Source of the DNA: an uncultured Actinomycetes bacterium
GTDB lineage: Bacteria; Actinomycetota; Thermoleophilia; UBA2241
Assembly: GCA_963709345.1 (NCBI GenBank)
Contig: CAVPVX010000004.1
Span: forward strand, 64,001 to 128,000
DNA: 64,000 bases
Direction: 5' to 3'
Below the pieces are notes generated by a model. It was not told where the DNA came from. It ran no database searches and saw only the letters and a program-made list of their open reading frames with translations. Of the stretch, positions 1 to 9,734 are shown one piece after another. The position numbers and the translations under genes are program-made. Within the stretch, counting starts at the first letter, position 1, and every line of letters starts with the position of its first letter.

Positions 1-1244
1 ATGATGCTGCCGCTGTAGCAGCACACCCAGACGGCCTTGGTCGGCGCGTCGTAGGTGATCCCGATCGGAAGCTGGCCCGTGTTCACGACCTGGATGACCT
101 TCATGTCGCTGGTGCGGACCTTGCTCATGGTGCTGGAGTCGTAGTTCACGACGTACAGCGACTTGCCGTCGGGGGCGATCGCCATGCTCCGCGGCTGCGA
201 GCCGGTGGCGACCTTGTCGACGACCTTGCCTGTCGTCGGGTCGATCTTGGCGACGTTGCCCTCGTTGTTGAGCGTCGCGTAGAGGTACTTGCCGTTGCCG
301 GCCATGCACAGGTGCCGGGGGCCGGCGCCGACACCCCTGAGCCATGAGACGCGGAAGCCCTGGAGGTCGACCTTTGCGATGTCGAAGGTGCCCATGACGG
401 CGACGTAGGCGTACCGGGAGTCGGGGTCGACGGCGATGCCGCGTGGATACGGACCGAGGTAGACGCCCTTGATCTGCTTGCTCGTGTGGATGTCGACGAC
501 GCTCAGCGTGTACGAGCACCAGTTGCTGACCAGCAGGTACTTCTGGTCGGGGGTGATGGCGACGTACTTGGGGACGGCGCCGACCCGGATCACCTTGTCG
601 ACTTCCAGCGTGTCGAGCGGGACGCGGTAGACGTAGCTCTTGCTGGCGCCGTCGCCGGGGGCGCAGACGTCGTGGCCCTCGACGAAGCCGTCGCCGTACA
701 TCGAGTACTGCGAGACGTACATGAAGCGCCCGTCGGGCATGACCGCAGCTTCGACGGGCGCTCCCAGGATCGTGTCGCCATGTCCCTTGATGCTGAACTT
801 CCCGGCGTCGATCTTGTCCGGGATGGTCTCGACGAGCTTGAGCGTCTTGGAGTCGTACACGGTCATCGTGTGCTTGTACATCATGTTCTGCGCGAAGACG
901 TAGCCGGTGCCGGTGCTGACGACCGACTTGGGGGCGATGGAGGGGCTGACGATGGTCTTGCGCAGCTTGAGCTTGAGCTTGTACGAGGCCGGCCCGGTCC
1001 AGGCGGTCGCGACCGGCGACGGTTTGGGGGAGGCCGCGGGCGACGCGGTCGCATCCGCGGCCGGTGCTCCGGAGTCACCGCGCCCGTCGCTCCCGCCGAC
1101 GGCCGACCAGATCACGAGGACGAGGACGAGGACGGCGATGAGGCCTGCGAGCGCGACCAGCCGCCTGCGGCGGTAGATCCGCGCGTTGGTCGCGCGGCGA
1201 ACGCGACGTCCGGGCGGCCGGGGGTTGCGACGGGAGCTGCTCAT
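1..1244 (-). CDS. Membrane-anchored YncE/YVTN-type beta-propeller protein (runs off the window start)
   Basis: Not in the ORF track; translated by hand from ATG 1244: MSSSRRNPR...LVALAGLIAVLVLVLVIW (TM), then repeats such as VGAVPKYVAITPDQKYLLVSNW, LGPYPRGIAVDPDSRYAYVAVM, TGSQPRSMAIAPDGKSLYVVNY. TGcTACACT box upstream. Confidence 0.85.
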   Translation of the reverse strand, partial: MSSSRRNPRPPGRRVRRATNARIYRRRRLVALAGLIAVLVLVLVIWSAVGGSDGRGDSGAPAADATASPAASPKPSPVATAWTGPASYKLKLKLRKTIVSPSIAPKSVVSTGTGYVFAQNMMYKHTMTVYDSKTLKLVETIPDKIDAGKFSIKGHGDTILGAPVEAAVMPDGRFMYVSQYSMYGDGFVEGHDVCAPGDGASKSYVYRVPLDTLEVDKVIRVGAVPKYVAITPDQKYLLVSNWCSYTLSVVDIHTSKQIKGVYLGPYPRGIAVDPDSRYAYVAVMGTFDIAKVDLQGFRVSWLRGVGAGPRHLCMAGNGKYLYATLNNEGNVAKIDPTTGKVVDKVATGSQPRSMAIAPDGKSLYVVNYDSSTMSKVRTSDMKVIQVVNTGQLPIGITYDAPTKAVWVCCYSGSI

Positions 1245-1325
1245 GCTGCGGGGAGTGTAGCATCCGGGCGGAGCCTCCCACGCCGCCTGCTCGGGTGAGC
1301 GCGCCGGGTCGCGCTGCCGCAGAGA

Positions 1326-2453
1326 TCAGGCCAGCGCGGCCCGCAGGCGGCGCAGCGCCTCCCGCAACGTCTCGCGGCGGCAGCCGAAGTTGAGGCGGAG
1401 GTAGGCCGGGTCGCCGAAGGCGGCCCCGGCCGAGAGGGCCACCCCGGCGGAGCGGCACGCCGCCGCCGGGTCCTCGTGCTCGAGCCCCCGCACGTCGAGC
1501 CAGGCGAGGTACGTCGCCTCGACGTGCGTCATCTTCACGAGGGGCAGCTCGTCCGCGACGAAGGCCTCGACCAGATCGCGGTTGTCGCGCAGGTATTCGA
1601 GCAGCTCCGCGTGCCATTCGCCGCCCTCGCGGTAGGCGGCCTCCGCGGCGGTGACGGCGAAGCAACCCGGGAACGGCAGGATCCCCTTGCCCGGCTGCAG
1701 GAACCGCCGCCGCAGCTCCGCGTCCTCGACGATGGCGAAGGCGAGGTTGAGGCCCGGCAGGTTGAACGTCTTGCTCGGCGACATGAGGGTGACGATTCGC
1801 CCGGCGTCGCCGGGACAGGCGACTGCGGCGGGGACGTGAGCGAGCTCGTCGAGGATGAGGTCGCAGTGGATCTCGTCGCTGACGAGCACGAGGTCGCGCC
1901 GGCGGCAGAACTCGACCAGCGCCGTCACTTCGTCGCGGCGCCAGACGCGTCCGAGCGGGTTGTGCGGGTGGCACAGGAGGAGCACGCGCGAGTCGGGCGT
2001 GACCGTCGCCTCCAGCGCCTCGAACGGCAGCTCCCAGCGCCCGTTGCGGAGCTCGGCCGGAACCGTGAGCAGCCGCCGGCCACGCTCGCCGGGAGCCTCG
2101 AGAAACGGCGGGTACACCGGCGTGATCGTGACGACCGTCTCGCCGGGCGCGGCGAAGGCGTCGCAGGCGAGGTTCAGCCCGGGCACGACGCTCGGCAGCC
2201 AGGCGATCCACTCCTTCTCGATGTGCCAGCCGTACCGGCGCTCAAGATGCGCCATGATCGCGGTCTCGAGCGAACCCGGCACCAGGGAGTAGCCGAACAC
2301 GCCGTGTTCGGCCCGTGCGCGCAGCGCTTCGACGACGGGCGGCGGCGAGGCGAAGTCCATGTCGGCGACCCAGAGCGGCAGCACGTCCTCGCCGTACAGG
2401 TCCCACTTGAAGCTCGCCGTGTCGCGGCGTTCGATGCGCCTGTCGAAGTCCAC
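1326..2453 (-). CDS. MalY/PatB family PLP-dependent C-S lyase (cystathionine beta-lyase-like)
   Basis: Motifs LPLWVADMDF, CHPHNPLGRVW, SDEIHCDL, SPSKTFNLPG, EATYLAWLD, RLNFGC. Confidence 0.92.
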   Translation of the reverse strand: MDFDRRIERRDTASFKWDLYGEDVLPLWVADMDFASPPPVVEALRARAEHGVFGYSLVPGSLETAIMAHLERRYGWHIEKEWIAWLPSVVPGLNLACDAFAAPGETVVTITPVYPPFLEAPGERGRRLLTVPAELRNGRWELPFEALEATVTPDSRVLLLCHPHNPLGRVWRRDEVTALVEFCRRRDLVLVSDEIHCDLILDELAHVPAAVACPGDAGRIVTLMSPSKTFNLPGLNLAFAIVEDAELRRRFLQPGKGILPFPGCFAVTAAEAAYREGGEWHAELLEYLRDNRDLVEAFVADELPLVKMTHVEATYLAWLDVRGLEHEDPAAACRSAGVALSAGAAFGDPAYLRLNFGCRRETLREALRRLRAALA

Positions 2454-2614
2454 CCGCGCTCCCCCGGTCGTGGCGCCGCGGCAGGGTCGATGCGGCGCGT
2501 ATCGCGTGCGCGGTCCACGCTATCAGACGACGTCCCGGGGTTGCTCTTTGCCGGAAATGGTACAGACTTGCACGAGGATCCCCGTCAGTCCCCGTCCGTA
2601 GAGGCTCGCCCCGC

Positions 2615-4051
2615 ATGAAGATCCGTCTGATCGAACCGAACGCGCCCAGCATGCACCTGTGGTCCAAATCGTACTTCGTGCGTCTCGGCCTGCCGATGAT
2701 CGGCGCCGCGCTGAAGCAGCAGGGCCACGACGTGCGCATCTTCAACCCTCAGCTCGCGCCGGTCGACTGGGCCGACGTGCACAGCGCCGAGCTGGTCGGC
2801 CTCTCGAGCACCACGTCCACGACACCCGAGACCTATCGCATCGCCGACGACCTCCGCGCTCGAGGCATCCCGGTGATCATCGGCGGCTCTCACGTGACCT
2901 TCATGGCGGACGAGGCGCTGCAGCACGCCGACTACGTCGCTCGCGGCGAGGGCGGCGAGACGATCATGGTCGAGCTGGCCGAGGCGCTCGCCGGCGACCG
3001 CGAGCTCGACTCGATCAAAGGCATTTCGTACATGAAGGACGGCGAGGCTGTGCACGCCCCGCTCCACGAGCGTTGCGCCGACCTCGACACGCTGCCCTTC
3101 CCCGACATCACGCTCGTCGACGGGCACGAACGGATCACCCAGACGCCGATCATGACCAGCTGGGGATGCCCCTTCGCCTGCAACTTCTGCTCCGTGACGG
3201 CGATGTTCGGGCGCAAGTACCGCTTCCGCTCCGCCGAGAACGTGGTCGCCGAGATCAAGGAGAAGAAACCGCGGAAGATCTTCTTCTACGACGACAACTT
3301 CGCCGCCGACAAGCGCCGGCTCAAGACGCTGCTGCGCCTGATGATCGCCGAGGGCATCGCCGTCCCGTGGGGCGCCCAGGTGCGCACCGATGTGGTGAAG
3401 GACAAGGAGCTGATGGAGCTCATGCGGGCCTCGGGAGCCGACTTCGTCGCCCTCGGCCTCGAATCCGTGAACCAGGATACGCTCGACCACTTCGAGAAGT
3501 CGCAGACCGTCGCCGAGATCGAGGAGTCGATCCGGATCCTGCACGACTACGGCATCCGCAGCCACGGGATGTTCGTGCTCGGCGCCGAGCACGACGGCGA
3601 TCGTTCGGTGCACGACACCGTGGACTTCGCGCTCAAGAACGGCATCGACACGGTGATGCTCAACATCCTCACGCCTCTGCCGGGCACGAAGCAGTTCGCC
3701 GACCTGGACGCCGAGGGACGGATCATCGAGCGCGACTGGTCGTTCTACGACGCCCAGCACGTCGTCTTCCGGCCGCAGCTCATGACCCCGATCCACCTGC
3801 TGCAGGAGACGCTGCGCGCGAACCGTCGCTTCTACCACGCGCTGCGCCCGGTCGCGCAGTTCAACCGCTGGCTCTGGCGCCGCGATCCCGCCGCCTGGGA
3901 TCGTATGCTCGAGTACGGCTGGCTCTGGTGGTACTCGCGCATGTGGTGGCGGGACCCGGCGAACCGCGCGCAGCGTCGCCGGCTCAGGGAGCTCAGCCGT
4001 CCGGAGCCCGCCGCTCGCGTGCGCCGCGGCCAGAAGGCGCCGCAGGCGTAG
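2615..4051 (+). CDS. B12-binding domain radical SAM protein
   Basis: N-terminal cobalamin-binding domain (VIIGGSHVTF, RGEGGE); CxxxCxxC as GCPFACNFC; FYDDNF, GLES, LTPLPGT. Confidence 0.9.
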   Translation: MKIRLIEPNAPSMHLWSKSYFVRLGLPMIGAALKQQGHDVRIFNPQLAPVDWADVHSAELVGLSSTTSTTPETYRIADDLRARGIPVIIGGSHVTFMADEALQHADYVARGEGGETIMVELAEALAGDRELDSIKGISYMKDGEAVHAPLHERCADLDTLPFPDITLVDGHERITQTPIMTSWGCPFACNFCSVTAMFGRKYRFRSAENVVAEIKEKKPRKIFFYDDNFAADKRRLKTLLRLMIAEGIAVPWGAQVRTDVVKDKELMELMRASGADFVALGLESVNQDTLDHFEKSQTVAEIEESIRILHDYGIRSHGMFVLGAEHDGDRSVHDTVDFALKNGIDTVMLNILTPLPGTKQFADLDAEGRIIERDWSFYDAQHVVFRPQLMTPIHLLQETLRANRRFYHALRPVAQFNRWLWRRDPAAWDRMLEYGWLWWYSRMWWRDPANRAQRRRLRELSRPEPAARVRRGQKAPQA

Positions 4052-4226
4052 CCGCTCGCGGCGCCGCTCCCCGCGGGCATGGCGTACCGCACCGCGTGAC
4101 AGGCCGTAGACCCTCGCCGCGTCCCCTCGGCGTGCGCCGTGCGTGACGGCGGCGCGCGCGGGGAAGAGTCGTGGTGCAGGGCGCGCCGGTCGCCGGCGCG
4201 CGTCATCCGAGGAGACAGGATGCGCC

Positions 4227-4697
4227 ATGGCCATCGCCACCTTTGCCGCCGGCTGCTTCTGGGGCGTCGAACAGCGCTTCGCCCAGATCGACGGCGTCAC
4301 TTCCACGGAGGTCGGCTATACGGGAGGCTCCACGGCACAGCCCACCTACGAAGAGGTCTGTGGGCACGGCACCGGCCACGCCGAGGCGGTGCGGCTCGAG
4401 TACGACCCCGACAGAGTCACCAACGAGGATCTGTTGCAGGCCTTCTTCGCCATGCACGACCCCACGCAACTGAACCGCCAGGGGCCGGACGTCGGCGACC
4501 AGTATCGCTCCGCCGTCTTCTTCCACACTCCGGAGCAGGAGCGGGAGGCGCGCGACATGGTGCTCCGGCTGACCGAGAAGGGCGCCTTCAAGCGGCCGAT
4601 CGTGACGCAGATCGTGCCGGCCCCCGAGTGGTGGCGCGCCGAGGACTATCACCAGAAGTACTTCGACCGGCACCCTCGCTTCGGCTGCCTGTTCTGA
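4227..4697 (+). CDS. msrA: Peptide-methionine (S)-S-oxide reductase
   Basis: [32 protein letters not shown]; start taken as ATG 4227 after GAGGAG. Confidence 0.95.
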   Translation: MAIATFAAGCFWGVEQRFAQIDGVTSTEVGYTGGSTAQPTYEEVCGHGTGHAEAVRLEYDPDRVTNEDLLQAFFAMHDPTQLNRQGPDVGDQYRSAVFFHTPEQEREARDMVLRLTEKGAFKRPIVTQIVPAPEWWRAEDYHQKYFDRHPRFGCLF

Positions 4698-4734
4698 GTC
4701 TGGGGCGCCCGCGGCGCGCTGGGCGGAGCCTCAT

Positions 4735-4900
4735 TCAGGCTAGCGGCTCCTGTGCGGCGAGGATGAAGAAGCTGAACGGCAGCAGGCGCTGCATCCGGCT
4801 TGGCGGGGTCAGCCTCACGCCGCGCCGTACCTCAAGGGCGATCACTGCGCCGAGGGTGAAGAACGCCAGCCCCTTCTAGTCGTTCCAGTTCGACGCCGGG
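4735..4900 (-). pseudogene. Possible acyltransferase-3 (membrane O-acyltransferase) relic
   Basis: Hand translation NWND*KGLAFFTLGAVIAL...LLPFSFFILAAQEPLA* resembles the SFFIYxxHEP motif; in-frame stop and no start codon. Confidence 0.3.
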
Positions 4901-4924
4901 GGCTCCCCCGCCGTCCGCCGCGAG

Positions 4925-5488
4925 CTAGCCAGTGAGGTGCTCTACCAGGATCTTGACGCCGATGCCGATGAGGATGACGCCGCCGACCACCTCCATGCGC
5001 CGGCCGAGCAGGGCGCCGAAGCGCTGGCCGAGCTGCAGCCCGACCGTGGTGAAGGCGCCGGCCACGAGCCCGATCACGAGTGCCGGCCACCAGATGTCCA
5101 CGCCGAGCAGGGCGAGCGAAAGGCCAACGGCGAGCGCGTCGATGCTGGTGGCGATGGAGAGCAGGATCAGCGACCAGCCCTTCGTCGGGTCGGGCCGCTC
5201 CGCCTCGGCTGCCTCGGGCTTGAGCGCCTCGTAGATCATCTTGCCGCCGATGATCGCGAGGAGGCCGAAGGCGATCCAGTGGTCGATGGGCGCGATCCAT
5301 TCCGCGACGGTGAGACCGGCGAGCCAGCCGACGACGGGCATGAGCGCCTGGAAAAGCCCGAAGTGCCACGCGAGCCGGAAGGTCTGGCGGGCGCTCACCC
5401 TCTTCAGCGTCAGTCCGGCGCCGATCGCAACGGCGAAGGCGTCCATGGCGAGACCGACGGCGATCCCGATGAGGGTGAGAGTGGACAT
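4925..5488 (-). CDS. mntP: Manganese efflux pump MntP
   Basis: GLAMDAFAVA, FGLFQALMP, IATSIDALAVG; about 6 TM helices. Confidence 0.93.
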   Translation of the reverse strand: MSTLTLIGIAVGLAMDAFAVAIGAGLTLKRVSARQTFRLAWHFGLFQALMPVVGWLAGLTVAEWIAPIDHWIAFGLLAIIGGKMIYEALKPEAAEAERPDPTKGWSLILLSIATSIDALAVGLSLALLGVDIWWPALVIGLVAGAFTTVGLQLGQRFGALLGRRMEVVGGVILIGIGVKILVEHLTG

Positions 5489-5540
5489 TGCGTCGTGGGC
5501 TCTACAGGCAGACCGGTGCGCGGGTCGCCGGCATCATGCC

Positions 5541-6572
5541 TCAGGTGCCGGCGGCATCCGTTTCGCCGTACTTCTTGAGGAGAGTGGCTGTCTCGGCGCT
5601 CAGCAGGTTCTGCCAGACCTTGCGGCCGGGCTCGACAAGGTGCCACAGGTCGTAGAAAGCGCCGTTACCGAGCTTCGCCTGGGCGACGAGGTTCACGTAG
5701 GGGACGCCGTGCTTGCCGGCCAGCGCCCGGCACTTGTCGCGGTAGCGTTTGGTCGGCGCGTCGAACTTGTGGCCGATGATCGCGGTGTTTCGCGGCAGCT
5801 CGAAGAGCACCGGGTGCAAACCGCGCGCTTTGCAGGTCACGATGAGCTTGTCCAGGACGCCGGAGCTGCTTCTGAAGTTGCGCTTGAAGACGGGGTAGCG
5901 GTCGGCCAGCCACGCCTTCACCAGCATCCGCTTCTTGGCGGCGGTGAGGATGCGTTTCTGATTGTAGTGGTGCTGCTTGTAGGCAGGGAGCGGGGTGCGT
6001 GGCTGGGGCAGGGAGATCCGGGCCGTCTTCTCCGCGCGCGTGAAGGAGCCGAGGTTGACACCGATGTAGACGATGGTCGGGCGCTCCGCCGTACCCTCAG
6101 GCAGGGCCTTGACGATGGCGACGTTCTGCGCGAGCGTGCGGTTGCTCGAGCCCAGGTTGTAGACGGCGGCGGCCGGTCCTCCCCTGGCCCCGATCTGCGT
6201 GCGCCAGCTGCGGTCGCTGATGGTCGATTCGCGAGCGGCGGAGCCGCCGAGAAGGACGACGAGCGGCTTGCCCGGAGGCGCGGCCTTGACGTTTGCGACG
6301 ACCTGCAGGACGTGGGACCAGTCGGCGCCGGAACCGGCTCTCGCTCCGACGTCTGCGGCGTCCGTCGCGCCGGACGGAGCGACGGCGTCGCCGGAGCTTG
6401 GAGCCGCGCTGACCTCCGGCTGGGCCGAGCATGCAGCCGGGAGCACTGCCAGAGCGGCGAACAGGACGACCAGCAGCGCGAGGCTGGCGCTCGGGCCAAC
6501 GGATCCGCTGCGTGGAGCGACCCGGCGTCGCGATGCGCGGCGAGTCGGACGATGCTGACGGCGTGTGGGCAT
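5541..6572 (-). CDS. Secreted or lipoprotein SGNH-like hypothetical protein
   Basis: ATG 6572 with GGAGG; hydrophobic signal ending LPAAC; LLGGSAA and FYDLWHL (DxxH). The upstream part of the track ORF is antisense to the next gene. Confidence 0.6.
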   Translation of the reverse strand: MPTRRQHRPTRRASRRRVAPRSGSVGPSASLALLVVLFAALAVLPAACSAQPEVSAAPSSGDAVAPSGATDAADVGARAGSGADWSHVLQVVANVKAAPPGKPLVVLLGGSAARESTISDRSWRTQIGARGGPAAAVYNLGSSNRTLAQNVAIVKALPEGTAERPTIVYIGVNLGSFTRAEKTARISLPQPRTPLPAYKQHHYNQKRILTAAKKRMLVKAWLADRYPVFKRNFRSSSGVLDKLIVTCKARGLHPVLFELPRNTAIIGHKFDAPTKRYRDKCRALAGKHGVPYVNLVAQAKLGNGAFYDLWHLVEPGRKVWQNLLSAETATLLKKYGETDAAGT

Positions 6573-6782
6573 GGACAGTCCTCCGGGCGTGTGGCCCGAC
6601 TGTAGCATCCCGCCGCTGCCGCCGCGACATCGTCTGCCTTGGCGCCACGTGCGCGTCCAATGACGCGGCGTGCGTCGCGGCCGCACCGGTGCAGCCGCGT
6701 CTCTGCGGCCGCCGGCTGCGAGTTCCCGGCAGCGGATGTAGGCTTGGCCGACAGGTTCGTAAGCCGCCAGGAGGTCACGACC

Positions 6783-7907
6783 GTGAAGTATCGCCGCATG
6801 CCGATCGAAGAGGAATCGCCGGAGCAGTTCGGGTACGAGCGCATCCGCTACAACCTCACCGAGAGCTCGGTGCGCGACCGCTCGCTCGCCGATCTCGGCG
6901 TCGGGGTCGGCGACATGCTCCTCTTCTACGGCGACCATGTGGGCAACGAAGCGTTGCGCGAGCTGGTCGCCGAGCAGAGCGGCGGAGCGGGCGGCGGCGT
7001 GAGCCGTGACGACGTGCTCGTCACGGCCGGCGCCGCCCAGGCGCTCTTCATCATCGCGACGGCGCTGCTCGAGAAAGGCGACCACCTGGTCGTGATCCGC
7101 CCCAACTACGCGACCAACATCGAGACGCCCCGCGCGATCGGGGCCGACATCACCTACCTCGACCTGACCTTCGAGGACGGTTATCGCATCGACCCGGAGA
7201 AGCTCCTGGCGCTGATCACGCCGCGCACGAAGTGCGTGAGCGTCACGCTGCCGCACAACCCGACCGGCGTGACGATGAGCGAGGCCGACCTGCGCAGCCT
7301 CGTCGGCGGCGTCGAGCGCGCCGGCTGCCGCCTCCTGGTCGACGAGACGTATCGCGAGATGACCTTCGGAGAGCCGCTTCCCGTGGCCGCCACGCTCAGC
7401 GAGCGCGCGCTCAGCGTCAGCTCGCTGTCCAAGACCTACGGCATCCCCGGCATCCGCACCGGCTGGCTCGTCTGTCGCGACCGCGAGCTCATGACGACCT
7501 TTCTCGCCGCCAAAGAGCAGATCGGCATCTGCGGCAGTGTCGTCGACGAGGAGATCGCAGCCCGCGCCTTCGCCCAACGCGGCGAGTGGCTGCCCGAGAT
7601 CCACGGACTCATCCGCCGCCAGCTGGCGGTCGTGCGCGAGTGGATGGCCGGCGAGGAGCTCATGGAGTGGGTCGAGCCCGCCGGAGGCGTCGTCTGCTTC
7701 CCGCGGATCAAGCCGGAGGCGCCGGTGGACGTGGACGAGTTCTACCGCGTGCTCAACGATGAGTACGGGGCCTACGTCGGCCCCGGGCACTGGTTCGAAC
7801 AGCCGCGCCGCTACATGCGTGTGGGGTACGCGTGGCCGTTGACGGACGAGCTCGAGGGTGGGCTGGCGGCGATCTCCGCTTCCGTCCACGCCGCCATCAG
7901 GGGGTGA
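6783..7907 (+). CDS. PLP-dependent aminotransferase class I/II
   Basis: GTG start after AGGAGG; PHNPTG, LVDETY, SSLSKTYGIPGIRTGW. Confidence 0.9.
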   Translation: MKYRRMPIEEESPEQFGYERIRYNLTESSVRDRSLADLGVGVGDMLLFYGDHVGNEALRELVAEQSGGAGGGVSRDDVLVTAGAAQALFIIATALLEKGDHLVVIRPNYATNIETPRAIGADITYLDLTFEDGYRIDPEKLLALITPRTKCVSVTLPHNPTGVTMSEADLRSLVGGVERAGCRLLVDETYREMTFGEPLPVAATLSERALSVSSLSKTYGIPGIRTGWLVCRDRELMTTFLAAKEQIGICGSVVDEEIAARAFAQRGEWLPEIHGLIRRQLAVVREWMAGEELMEWVEPAGGVVCFPRIKPEAPVDVDEFYRVLNDEYGAYVGPGHWFEQPRRYMRVGYAWPLTDELEGGLAAISASVHAAIRG

Positions 7908-7911
7908 CGTG

Positions 7912-8847
7912 ATGACTTCGAGGCAGGGAGCTCCGGCCGAGTGCGCCGGGGAGCGGAGCGCCATTCGGCACACGTCGGCGCAGCTGCACGGCGGAGAGGG
8001 CGTGCGCCTGCATCTGCAGGCCTGGCTACCCGACGGCGAGCCGGCCGCTGTGCTCGCCGTGATCCACGGGTACGGCGAGCACGGCGGCCGCCACTGCCGG
8101 CTCGGCGAGGCGATGGCGGCTCGCGGCTACGCCGTGTACGCCTGCGACCTGCGCGGTCACGGGCTCTCGTCCGGCGTGCGCGGGCAGGTCCGGCGCTTCG
8201 GCGACTACTTCGACGACGCGACGGTCTACCTCGATGAAGTGCGGCGCCTGCAGCCCGGCCGCTCCGTCTATCTTCTCGGCCACAGCCTCGGCGGGCTCAT
8301 AGCGGCGCTGTACGCCGCAGACCGGCCGCAGGGCCTGGCCGGACTGATCCTCTCGTCGCCGTTCCTTCGGCTCGTCATGGCGCCGCCGACGTCCAAGATC
8401 GTGGGCGCCCGGATCCTCGCCGTCGTGATGCCGGATTGGAACATCGGCAACACGCTCCAGGCGGCCGACCTCTCGCACGAGCCCGATGTCGTCGACGCGT
8501 ACGTCACCGATCCGCTCGTGCACCATGTGGCGCCGTCGCGCTGGGCCGTTCAAGCGCTGGCCGCGCAGAAGGCGGCGCCTGCGGCCGCTGCGCGGCTCTC
8601 GCTGCCGCTCCTGCTGCTCTACGGCGACGCGGACGTCGTGGCCGACCCCGACGCCGCGCGCGAGTTCTTCGCCGTCGCCGGCTCCGCCGACAAGACCGAG
8701 CGGTGCTACGAGGGCTACTATCACGAGCTCTTCAACGAGACCGGCCGCGAGACGGTGTTCACCGACCTCGCGGCGTGGCTCGAAGAGCGCGTGCCTGCGG
8801 CCGCCCGATCCGCCTCACCCGCGGCCGCTTCGACGCCTCCGGCCTGA
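7912..8847 (+). CDS. Lysophospholipase / monoacylglycerol lipase (alpha/beta hydrolase)
   Basis: HGYGEH, DLRGHGLS, GHSLGG, YHELFNE. Confidence 0.9.
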   Translation: MTSRQGAPAECAGERSAIRHTSAQLHGGEGVRLHLQAWLPDGEPAAVLAVIHGYGEHGGRHCRLGEAMAARGYAVYACDLRGHGLSSGVRGQVRRFGDYFDDATVYLDEVRRLQPGRSVYLLGHSLGGLIAALYAADRPQGLAGLILSSPFLRLVMAPPTSKIVGARILAVVMPDWNIGNTLQAADLSHEPDVVDAYVTDPLVHHVAPSRWAVQALAAQKAAPAAAARLSLPLLLLYGDADVVADPDAAREFFAVAGSADKTERCYEGYYHELFNETGRETVFTDLAAWLEERVPAAARSASPAAASTPPA

Positions 8848-8887
8848 CGTCTGCGGGGACGCGGCGGCCGGCGCCGGCCGCCGTCCC

Positions 8888-9619
8888 TCACGGATGGGCG
8901 GGCCGCCCCACCGTCGTCATGTACACGACGGGCTCGACGTCGGGGTTGACCTCGAGCAGGGCCGCCGCCTCGACGTCGTAGAAAGCGGCTATCTGGCAGG
9001 ACCCGAGGCCCATGGCCGTCGCCGCGAGGGCGACGTTCTCGGCAATATGCCCCGCGTCGAGGAAGATGTAGCGGGCGAAGCGCTCGCCGTACTTCCAGCG
9101 CGAGCGCTCCAGCGCCGCCGTCCAGACGAACACGGCGCCCGCCTGCGCGGCGATGCTCTGGTCGAGGGCGGCGTGCGCGATAGGCAGGCGCAGGTCGCCC
9201 GGCCGGAGCAGTTCCAGAGCGCGGTCGAGCACGGCGTAGTGGTACAGCCCCGGTTCGAGCCCGTCGATGGCGTGGGCCACGACGTAGTGCTCGATGGGAA
9301 ACAGGCCGCCGGCCGACGGCGCGGTGCGGAAGGCGAAGCCCACCTCCCGCGCCGTGACTCCGGCGGCCGCCCAGAGCAGCGCGCCCAGTTCGCCGAGCGC
9401 GAGCGGCGGCTCCGCGTACTCTCGCAGGCTCCGCCGTCGCGCCAGCGCGTCGAACAGGCCGCCGTCGCTCAGCTCGGTCTCGGGCAGCACGACCCGAGGC
9501 GCCCCGGGATAGGTCTTGAACCAGTCCGGCTGCCGCGACCAGTCCATGCGCCCGCCCACCAGGTGATCGCGGCTGTGGCGCGTCTCGCGCAGGTAGCGCA
9601 GCCCGGCGCCGTCGTCCAT
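8888..9619 (-). CDS. SagB/ThcOx family nitroreductase-like dehydrogenase
   Basis: RRRSLREY, RTAPSAGGLFP, GLYHY, KYGERFARY, DAGHIAEN. Confidence 0.88.
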   Translation of the reverse strand: MDDGAGLRYLRETRHSRDHLVGGRMDWSRQPDWFKTYPGAPRVVLPETELSDGGLFDALARRRSLREYAEPPLALGELGALLWAAAGVTAREVGFAFRTAPSAGGLFPIEHYVVAHAIDGLEPGLYHYAVLDRALELLRPGDLRLPIAHAALDQSIAAQAGAVFVWTAALERSRWKYGERFARYIFLDAGHIAENVALAATAMGLGSCQIAAFYDVEAAALLEVNPDVEPVVYMTTVGRPAHP

Positions 9620-9734
9620 GGGGAACCTCCGCTTCTCGCCTGCGGCGGGCCGGGCGCCCGTGAAGTCGCGGCCGGCCGCGCCGCCCATGGTGGTGTGGTG
9701 CCCCGTACCGGCGCACCCCACACCCGGGGCGGCG

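Noticed and set aside
5489-5540. yybP-ykoY riboswitch upstream of mntP
   Set aside because: Only ~50 nt of intergenic space and no recognisable motif
8888-9619. SagB-like gene as part of a RiPP cluster
   Set aside because: No YcaO, precursor peptide or transporter nearby; stand-alone homologues are common
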